This document shows positions 56,480 to 64,000 of a stretch of 64,000 bases of DNA, in pieces (the stretch's first letter is position 1; each line of letters begins with the position of its first letter). The notes below the pieces were generated by a model, which did no database searches, was not told where the DNA came from, and saw only the letters and a program-made list of their open reading frames with translations. Source of the stretch: Candidatus Pacearchaeota archaeon (lineage in GTDB: Archaea > Nanobdellota > Nanobdellia > Pacearchaeales > GW2011-AR1); the NCBI GenBank assembly GCA_016188825.1, contig JACPHA010000019.1:3414-67413 (forward strand), written 5' to 3'. The position numbers and the translations under genes were made by a program.

Positions 56480-59194
56480 TTAGTATATCCCTTGTCTTTT
56501 AATAAATCTTGTGTCTACCGGCGCTCCCTGTCTTAATTTTATTTCTTTTTTAACTTTTCTGTTTTCCGCGAATTTGAATATTGGAATTTCCCACATGCCG
56601 GTTCTCTTGCCATCTATTTTTTTGAACGCATAAGTTAATTGCTCTCTTTTCCAGCCCTTGTTAAGAAGCTTTTCTCTTGCTTCCTTATCATCTAAATCTG
56701 ATTTTCTTGCATTATAAATAAAGTTAACCAGATTATAAAGATCGTTTGAATTTTTGAACAGACTTTTTTCATAATGGTTTTTATACCAAGTTTGAAGAAT
56801 TAAATAAACAACTAAAATTCCTAGAAAGATAAAACCAAGACTCCATGAAAACCTCTTCCAATTAAATACTCTTCTTAGAATTTCATCTGAAAAAGGCTTG
56901 CCTGCTTTAAGCTCTGAAATTACCGGAGAAATGTAAACGGCTAGTTCTTCGACACTCGGTAAGGTTTCACCCGAGATTAAAAATTCTATGACTTTTGGTT
57001 CGCCTTCAGTTATTTTTATGTATGTTGCACTTGTGTCAGTTATCGAATTTTCATCATATTGAGATTTGAAATCAAGGTTTTCTAAAGGATGGTCTATGAT
57101 TAAATAAGCTTCTTCGACATCGTTTTTTTCTGTAAGCTCTATTTTATATTTTCTTGCAAGGTTTCGTTTTTCAGAAAAGGTTAGGGAAAAAATTGTTTCA
57201 AAAGATATTTTCATGTTGTAATTTTCAGCAATCCAAGAAAGCAAAACTGAATTTAAATTGTCTGAGTCATATTTTGATAAATCTGCGTCTGAAACTTTTG
57301 CTAAATATTCAAGATTTATATTTGAAAACCCTATTTCTGCAGGCAAAGAACCTGTTTCAGTAATGGAAACCGAGTTAGGAACATTTAAGTCGGCAAGTTG
57401 GTTAACAATCTCGGTATAGTCTTGAGTTCTGTCTCCGCGGATTGATTCATAATTATCACTTATTTGATTTATTTCTCTTTCAATGTCTTCTACTGCTATT
57501 TGCTCTGTAATTTTTTTCCTTGTCCATTCTGGAAGCTTGTTTATATCTGATTTTATTGTGATGATTCTCGATTTGTAGTCTTGTAAAGTCAGATTTGCTG
57601 ATGTTTTTGGATTGCCTATAATAACTTTGAATTTTTTAGTTGAGACTTCGCCTCTTACATTTCTTAGAGTAACTTCTATTTGATATTCTCCTGCACTTGA
57701 ATAAACATGCACTGCTTTATTATCGCTCGATGCTACTGGAAGACTTCTGTCTCCGAAATTCCATGTTGAAGAAACAATAGTTTGTGATGTTGAGGCAATA
57801 AATGTTGTCGGCCTGCCAATTAAAACAGACCTTGGGCCGATTACAAAATCAAAGCCGATTTCTACTTCTATTTCATCTTCGAAAAGCTCTTCATCATTGA
57901 AAAATAATTTAAAATCATGAATGCCGTCTTGGTCTGGAACAAGAAATTTCATTTTTTCGATGCCAAGAGACAGAAAATCTGAAGAAGAAATTGTAAATGG
58001 CTTTTGTGATAGTTTGAAAAGTTTTGAGGTTGAGCGTGATCCGGCAGGATCTTCATATTGCAAGTTAGCAGAATCTAGGGTAATTTGTTGTGAAATTCCG
58101 GAAAATGCAAAAGGTATTACACAGCCCTTAGAGCAGTTATTAGAATAAACTTCTGAAAGATAATTTTTAACAGAGTTTGTTAATGATGTTCCGGAAAATC
58201 CTGTTGTGCCTATTGGAGCGTATTTTAATGGCTGAGCATAAATCTCGTAGTCTGAGTTGACAAATGACCTATTTTTTATGCTTCCTGTGAATACACCTCG
58301 CGCACCGCAGGAGTCAAAAGCTTGCCTGACTCTAATTTTGTAATCTGTGTCCGAGGCTGACCATAAACATACATAGCCATCAAAAATTTCTTTTGAATAA
58401 TTTGCAACTATGCAATCAACATCTCCTGAAGAAGGAGAAGTTATTTTGCAACCGCCCAATGCACTTATTAAAGATACCCCGTCTGAAGTTTCATTTACTT
58501 TATAAAAAAACATTTCCAAATCAGATTGAGAAGAAACTTTTTCTATTCGCGCTCCGACACGATATGCTGGCGCCGATGGAATGTTATCAATTTTTTCACA
58601 ATAGGGATCAGAGTCGTCATCTCTTTTGCCGATTATTACGGGATCTATTAAAAATTCGTCATCCTTAAAACAGCCGTAATTTTTTTCACCGCATGTTTGG
58701 TCAACGTATTTATTGTTTTGAAAATCTATTTTTCCGTCGTTTAAAAGGTCAACAGAAAGCTGGTTTTGACAGCTTTCTCCAACGTCTGAAGTGACATTAA
58801 ATTTAATGTTGTTTATATCATTTAATTTGTTCACGCTTAATCTAAAACCATATAGTTTTTTGTTCTCTAATGAAAATGTTTGTGTTTCTAAGCCGTCGGA
58901 ATCTGTTTCGTAGTCGTCCTTGCAACCAACAGGAGCGCATGTAAAATCAGAGTTTTTTTGGTAACTCGTGTTTAACAATAAATCATAAAGATTTGTTCCT
59001 CCTTTGAAATTGCTTGTGAATTCTGAATTTTCCTGATTAGTAAAATTCATGATTATCTCGCCTCTGACATAATCTCCTTCTGCATAAGTTGATTCAAGAG
59101 TGTAATCTTCATCGAAATTAAATTCTGCTGTTGAAAAACTAATTAGAAAAATAACTGCGATAAAAAAGACCAAAACCCCTTTTTTTCTTTCCAT
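56480..59194 (-). CDS. secreted PKD-domain membrane-anchored protein
   Basis: Signal peptide, WNFGD...H.Y...G.Y PKD motif, C-terminal TM and cytoplasmic tail. Confidence 0.85.
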   Translation of the reverse strand: MERKKGVLVFFIAVIFLISFSTAEFNFDEDYTLESTYAEGDYVRGEIIMNFTNQENSEFTSNFKGGTNLYDLLLNTSYQKNSDFTCAPVGCKDDYETDSDGLETQTFSLENKKLYGFRLSVNKLNDINNIKFNVTSDVGESCQNQLSVDLLNDGKIDFQNNKYVDQTCGEKNYGCFKDDEFLIDPVIIGKRDDDSDPYCEKIDNIPSAPAYRVGARIEKVSSQSDLEMFFYKVNETSDGVSLISALGGCKITSPSSGDVDCIVANYSKEIFDGYVCLWSASDTDYKIRVRQAFDSCGARGVFTGSIKNRSFVNSDYEIYAQPLKYAPIGTTGFSGTSLTNSVKNYLSEVYSNNCSKGCVIPFAFSGISQQITLDSANLQYEDPAGSRSTSKLFKLSQKPFTISSSDFLSLGIEKMKFLVPDQDGIHDFKLFFNDEELFEDEIEVEIGFDFVIGPRSVLIGRPTTFIASTSQTIVSSTWNFGDRSLPVASSDNKAVHVYSSAGEYQIEVTLRNVRGEVSTKKFKVIIGNPKTSANLTLQDYKSRIITIKSDINKLPEWTRKKITEQIAVEDIEREINQISDNYESIRGDRTQDYTEIVNQLADLNVPNSVSITETGSLPAEIGFSNINLEYLAKVSDADLSKYDSDNLNSVLLSWIAENYNMKISFETIFSLTFSEKRNLARKYKIELTEKNDVEEAYLIIDHPLENLDFKSQYDENSITDTSATYIKITEGEPKVIEFLISGETLPSVEELAVYISPVISELKAGKPFSDEILRRVFNWKRFSWSLGFIFLGILVVYLILQTWYKNHYEKSLFKNSNDLYNLVNFIYNARKSDLDDKEAREKLLNKGWKREQLTYAFKKIDGKRTGMWEIPIFKFAENRKVKKEIKLRQGAPVDTRFIKRQGIY

Positions 59195-59293
59195 TTTTTT
59201 ATACTAAAAAATATAGGTTTCTGGGTTATTAAAATCTTGTTGTTTTTTGGAATTGCAAGGATAAAATTTACATAATAGTATTTTGTAAAGCGG

Positions 59294-61531
59294 TTAAAGG
59301 AAAGACGTTTTTCTAGAACGCTTTTTCTTTTCCTTATGGCTTTCTCTTAGGTTATTCTTATTATGATATATATGATGTAAATAATAAATTGCAAATATAA
59401 CAATTAATGCAATTATGAAGTTTGCAAAGTTGAAAAAAGGCAGTTGGATGACTTTCGGGCAGGGGATTTGTTTTGTAGTTTCTCCTTCACATTCTTCTCC
59501 TGGCGGCCCAGATATTTTTGTTGATCTTATTGTTACTTGTCTTGTTGTTTGTCCTTCCGCGCATATTGGATTAGATAAATATTCAATACGACATTGTAGG
59601 CCGGAGGACGTTGTTGTTAGCCCTTTACACTGCCCATTTTCCCAATAACATGTTTCTCCCCCTGAACCGGCTCCTGAGCAGTCATTCTCACAAGCTTGTT
59701 GTTTAAAATTATTATTTCCAACACTATTATAATCTCCGCAATTTGTTGCTGTAAATGCGTCTGGATTTTCAATAGGATCGCAAAATTCCGTCGGGCCCCC
59801 CCCGCAATCTATATTTTTTGTAGGATCGGTATCATCACAATCATCTCCAGCAGGGCAGTTTGTTCCATAACTATCTCCATCATTGTCTGTACAACCAGGA
59901 GCGGGCGCACAAGTTCCTCCTGGTGTTATAGCATAGCCTAAACAACCACCTGCAGGATCAAGGTTTCCATCTCCATCCATGTCCCACAGAGCATTATTTC
60001 CACATGTACGATTAATATTATTGCTATCACAATAGGAAGTACCAAATTGACTTGCTGTGCAACCAAATTCACCAGGACAACTTGTAGATCCAGGAGCTAC
60101 ACACGTCCATCTACCATTGTTTGGTTTATCACAAATTTTGCCTCCGGTGCAATCACTATTATCAACACATTCGCTACACCATTCATTAACTTCGTTACAC
60201 ATTCCGAAAGGTTGTTCTGTGCAAGATGTGCGCGCCGGCTGAAAAGGATGACTGCAAGTTCCATCACTAGTCCTGCATCTATCTTGTGTGCATTCTATGT
60301 TATCATTACAATCAGCATCAGAAGTGCAAGCAGATATTACCTGACACCCATAAGTTGAACTGCAGATGTTACCTGGATTACATCCGGTTGTCTGTCCAGG
60401 AGTTGGACACTGCACGCAAGCTGCTACGGGTATGCTTCCCCAATTTCCTACAGTACTGGTAAAACCTATGCTTCTCCAAAATGTGGCTGTATTTTCAATA
60501 CAATAAGGATGGCTACTTGGACAATCTCCCGGTCCTATTGTGGCTTCGTTGTTTAAAGTGCAGTAAGCCTCGTTAACAGTATTACTACCAAAACATCTAT
60601 CTTCTGGGCTTCTAACAAGAACGCCATCTTGTCTTTGTTCTGCTCTTCCTGGTATTTTTAATGAGTCTTCGCCGTTTGTTATAGTTGAACCACTATCATC
60701 CGGATCAGTACAGGTTGGAGTTGCTGTAACACATCTTCCATTGTCACATCTTTGATCAGTGCTACATGTAGTGACTGTTGTAGCAACATCAAATGTATTT
60801 AAACACGAATAAACTGTGATATCCCGTATACCTGTTCCGCATGCATCTGTTAGGGTTTGGATTGGCCCCCCAAACCATGGCTGCCATGTAACAGTGCCTC
60901 CAGTAGTGTATGACCCGCCATTAGTATCAGTGCAGCGTTGTCTGCAAAAGGCAGGAGTACTGCTATCTGACCAACAACTAGTGTTTCCAAGGCATGCTGC
61001 AGAAATAATTTCTCTCGTAGCCAAGTTTATACTACAATAATACTCCACTATTTGCGTGCCTCCAACAACTGGACAAGAATCTGGTTGTACATCCCGCCCA
61101 TAAACTCCCCATCCTGAAATATTAACTTCATTATTTTGAAACCCTGGGGCGTCGTTGTCAGTATCAAAACAACCAGCTGATAGAGTATAAGAATAAGTTA
61201 ACGAGGTTGTACCAACAGTAGGAATTGTGATACCAGAAATAGTGCGTGTTTGATAAGCGCCATCAAATGCTCTTTTTCTTATAATAAATGTATAACTCTG
61301 ACCTGCAATTAAATTAACATAATTAGTCAACCCATTAGCATCTGTATTTTGGATATTGACGTTATTATCATTATTCCAGAATTCTACTGTGGCGCCTCCG
61401 ACAGGTTGTATTCTGCCAGAAACTACGTCTGTGACATTGACGCGCACATTACGGGCGCTCGCGCCTTCAATTAACAGGATAAAAAAAGCAAATAAAAATA
61501 TTATAAAAAACATCCTCTTTTTAATCATCAT
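59294..61531 (-). CDS. Cys-rich surface protein with C-terminal LPFF-TM anchor
   Basis: Signal peptide, C.D.D..E.YC repeats, DNDGDSYG...DCDD calcium-binding-like motif, LPFF plus TM. Confidence 0.85.
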   Translation of the reverse strand: MMIKKRMFFIIFLFAFFILLIEGASARNVRVNVTDVVSGRIQPVGGATVEFWNNDNNVNIQNTDANGLTNYVNLIAGQSYTFIIRKRAFDGAYQTRTISGITIPTVGTTSLTYSYTLSAGCFDTDNDAPGFQNNEVNISGWGVYGRDVQPDSCPVVGGTQIVEYYCSINLATREIISAACLGNTSCWSDSSTPAFCRQRCTDTNGGSYTTGGTVTWQPWFGGPIQTLTDACGTGIRDITVYSCLNTFDVATTVTTCSTDQRCDNGRCVTATPTCTDPDDSGSTITNGEDSLKIPGRAEQRQDGVLVRSPEDRCFGSNTVNEAYCTLNNEATIGPGDCPSSHPYCIENTATFWRSIGFTSTVGNWGSIPVAACVQCPTPGQTTGCNPGNICSSTYGCQVISACTSDADCNDNIECTQDRCRTSDGTCSHPFQPARTSCTEQPFGMCNEVNEWCSECVDNSDCTGGKICDKPNNGRWTCVAPGSTSCPGEFGCTASQFGTSYCDSNNINRTCGNNALWDMDGDGNLDPAGGCLGYAITPGGTCAPAPGCTDNDGDSYGTNCPAGDDCDDTDPTKNIDCGGGPTEFCDPIENPDAFTATNCGDYNSVGNNNFKQQACENDCSGAGSGGETCYWENGQCKGLTTTSSGLQCRIEYLSNPICAEGQTTRQVTIRSTKISGPPGEECEGETTKQIPCPKVIQLPFFNFANFIIALIVIFAIYYLHHIYHNKNNLRESHKEKKKRSRKTSFL

Positions 61532-61791
61532 GGAAAATAAAGGAGAGGAGAGTTTATAAATATTATAGGCGAGCAAATAAAATATGGGAAAGAGTACTTA
61601 AATATGCTATCTAAACAATGTCTTTATCATAGAAATAAATTTTCTTGCGTTTTCTATTGATTCTTTTGTATAAGGAAAATTTGCTGCTTCATTCGGCTTC
61701 ATCCAAGTTAAAGTTGCGAACAAGTATGTAAGAAATCAGGACAGACATCACGGAACTGTTTGGATAATAAAATAGACGCCGGAAGCCGTAC

Positions 61792-61823
61792 TCCGCCGAA
61801 GGCGGATTTGCCCGAAGGACAAA
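61792..61823. repeat. two GC-rich GAA-loop hairpins (REP-like)
   Basis: TCCGCC-GAA-GGCGGA and TTTGCCC-GAA-GGACAAA. Confidence 0.65.
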
Positions 61824-61940
61824 CCTTTAAAGTGTGGAGGACACCACATTATTTTTAAGACTAAATATATGAATTGGCAGGTTATGATGTTGTTTGATAG
61901 AGACTTAACCAGGATATCAGTTAATCACCAAGGTTTTAAA

Positions 61941-62585
61941 TCAGGATTTCCTCCAGATAAATAATTTTATTCTTTTGGGATCGAATTTTCTTTCTGTTAC
62001 TGAAGCGCTGATGACTCTTTCGCCTGCGAAAATTTCTTCCGCTTCTCTTGGATAGGGAATGCGCAATGGGCAAACTGAATCGTTAAGGGGACAGATGCTA
62101 ATGCTAAAATTTAATGCTTGATTTGGTATTCTTTCTTTGATAAATAATTCTGTATTGTTTAATATTGGCGCATTTGACTGGTCTTCTTGGGGTTTTGATG
62201 TGTTATAGTTTATTATCTGGGTTCTTAAATCTGGATTTTCAGCTACTTCTCTCAATAAAGGAGGAATCATTTTTCCTAAATCCGTTGTTTTTTGAGGAGT
62301 TCTGTTGTAGGAAAGAAGCAATAAGGCCGAAAAAATAATTAAGACTGCGAGAGTTGCCTCGACTATGCGCATGAATGCTTTTTTATCGTGAATTCTGTTA
62401 CAGAGAATTTGGTTAATTGAGCTACCTTTAGTTTCAAATTCTCTGTCTGGAGAATTCGAATGAGCGGTAACATAATCAACCGAATTCTCCATAATTGGGA
62501 TAAATTTTTGTCCAGAATTCCCGTGATGGATAATTCTCCAAAAACTACTCCAATCAAAAGAATTATCCATATTTTTGTTTACCAT
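61941..62585 (-). CDS. class III signal peptide protein with a hairpin cassette in its leader
   Basis: Start overlaps the upstream stop (ATGGTAA); KKA/FMRIVEATLAVLII site lies about 70 aa downstream. Confidence 0.8.
   Translation of the reverse strand: MVNKNMDNSFDWSSFWRIIHHGNSGQKFIPIMENSVDYVTAHSNSPDREFETKGSSINQILCNRIHDKKAFMRIVEATLAVLIIFSALLLLSYNRTPQKTTDLGKMIPPLLREVAENPDLRTQIINYNTSKPQEDQSNAPILNNTELFIKERIPNQALNFSISICPLNDSVCPLRIPYPREAEEIFAGERVISASVTERKFDPKRIKLFIWRKS
62400..62570. repeat. four-unit long-loop hairpin cassette inside a CDS
   Basis: Perfect stems of 12, 10 and 12 bp with 23, 22 and 21 nt loops, plus one degenerate unit. Confidence 0.85.
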
Positions 62586-63370
62586 ACTGCTATTGTAAGA
62601 TCTGCGTATTCGATATTTCCAGTTGAGTTTCTTAGGACTTGAAGTCTTTTTATTTCTGAAAAAACTTCTAAGCCTGAAGGGATCTGACGCTTTGCAATTA
62701 TTGCATTGCTGTCTTGGAATATTAGAGAAAAACCAAAATTAATTCTGCCTGGAAGATTAAAGTATTCTTTCAAGGCAAAATAATCTTTATAGTAAGAGTT
62801 ATTTAGGGCCAAGACTCTTTTTTCTGAAATCACAAATTCTGAAGTTGATGAGGAGATTTTGTATTCTTCGTTGTTTGGATTTGCTCCTTCTTGATTTATT
62901 GATTCTCTGGGAGATGGGTTAAAATCCTCGCTGAGTTTTATGATTATAAAATCTTCATCTTTCCATCCAGCTTCGTTTTTTATATATAATCTGTCTTTAT
63001 TCTCGGCTTGCCCCTGCCCAGAGTTATCGCATGTTTCTCCGCTGCCTCCTGGACCTACTTTTGATGGCAGAACAAAACCTGAAAGGTTTTCTATTCTGGA
63101 ATTGTAATTATTATCACAGGTTCCGTTGATTGAGATTACTATTACTTTTGTGCTGTCTTCTATAGTTGTGCCATCAATTTTTATAGAATAAGTTTCCATT
63201 TTTACAGTTGTGTTTTTAGTTATTTCGCGGGATGCATAGTCTAAAGCTGTATCGACAAGGCGGTCTGTATTTGTTGGGCTGAAGAAGTATAGAGCAAAAC
63301 CAACAGCAGTAATAAATAATAGAAAAGACAGAATAACTTCTACATGACTCATTCCTCTTTTTTCGAGCAT
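62579..63370 (-). CDS. class III signal peptide (pilin-like) protein
   Basis: KRG/MSHVEVILSFLLFI leader; ends in VW. Confidence 0.8.
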   Translation of the reverse strand: MLEKRGMSHVEVILSFLLFITAVGFALYFFSPTNTDRLVDTALDYASREITKNTTVKMETYSIKIDGTTIEDSTKVIVISINGTCDNNYNSRIENLSGFVLPSKVGPGGSGETCDNSGQGQAENKDRLYIKNEAGWKDEDFIIIKLSEDFNPSPRESINQEGANPNNEEYKISSSTSEFVISEKRVLALNNSYYKDYFALKEYFNLPGRINFGFSLIFQDSNAIIAKRQIPSGLEVFSEIKRLQVLRNSTGNIEYADLTIAVW

Positions 63371-63420
63371 TAGTAAAAATGTATAATAGCATTTATATAA
63401 ATTGCCTTTTAGATAGATTA

Positions 63421-64000
63421 ATGAATGAAAAAGATTTGATAAAAAAAATTAAGGAAAAGCGGGAGTTGAAAGGTATTTCTGACGGGGTTGTTGAAGAACT
63501 GATTGACAATTATGTTTTTAAATATAAAATAGACTTTGAAAAGATTAGAGAAAAGGAGATGAAAATTATTGTTAAAGATATAAGAGCTGAATTGAGGAAT
63601 TATGTGGGAAGATTTCAGAAAAGTTTGAAAGACAGAATAAAGATGCTTGAAAATGGAAATATCTGGGGGATGCTAAAAACACACTCTTCAACTGCTGAAA
63701 GACTTGATTTTTATCCCAAATTAAGACGGAAAATACGGGAAATGAAAGTTAAATCTATTTTAGATATGGGCTGTGGTTTAAACCCTGTTGCTTTGGCTGA
63801 AAAAGGGATAAAATATTATGCATGCGACATTAATTTGGATGACTTGGAAATTGTTGAGAGATTTTTTGAAAAAGAAAAAATTAATGGGAGAGTTTTTATT
63901 TGCGATGTCAGGGATATAAAAGATAACTTGCCAGTGGGGGATTTGTGTTTTTTATTGAAAGTTCTGGATATTATTGAAAAAAATAAAAAAAAGAAAATTG
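63421..64000 (+). CDS. ArmA/Rmt (FmrO)-family rRNA methyltransferase homolog, cut by the window edge
   Basis: L.THSSTAERL..Y, ILDMGCGLNP, YYACDI and D.C.LLKVL..IE. Confidence 0.8.
   Translation, partial: MNEKDLIKKIKEKRELKGISDGVVEELIDNYVFKYKIDFEKIREKEMKIIVKDIRAELRNYVGRFQKSLKDRIKMLENGNIWGMLKTHSSTAERLDFYPKLRRKIREMKVKSILDMGCGLNPVALAEKGIKYYACDINLDDLEIVERFFEKEKINGRVFICDVRDIKDNLPVGDLCFLLKVLDIIEKNKKKKI

Overview
AT-rich, gene-dense archaeal DNA. It carries proteasome beta, aCPSF1, Cbf5, TrmY, Hjc, Mre11/Rad50, a class I CCA enzyme, Rpp21, OapABC and a minimal histone. Gene content and style suggest a DPANN lineage, probably Pacearchaeota-like (inference). RNA genes read directly: tRNA-Gly(TCC), Arg(CCT), Leu(CAA), Thr(CGT), a stand-alone 5S rRNA and a shortened SRP RNA. 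Accessory content: five complete toxin-antitoxin pairs plus remnants, one IS481-family element, an HNH nuclease and many secreted or class III signal-peptide proteins. Two things stand out. (1) A family of tandem hairpin cassettes, with 10-14 bp inverted arms around unique 16-23 nt loops, sits in-frame inside genes, interrupts a gene, and has short-loop relatives at gene and tRNA breakpoints. (2) A duplicated locus pairs a pilin-like gene with a giant Cys-rich secreted protein that has a long Gly/Ala-rich hydrophobic core; one copy is fused and the other split. It is a candidate host-contact or membrane-insertion apparatus. All family calls come from motif recognition by eye, with no database searches.
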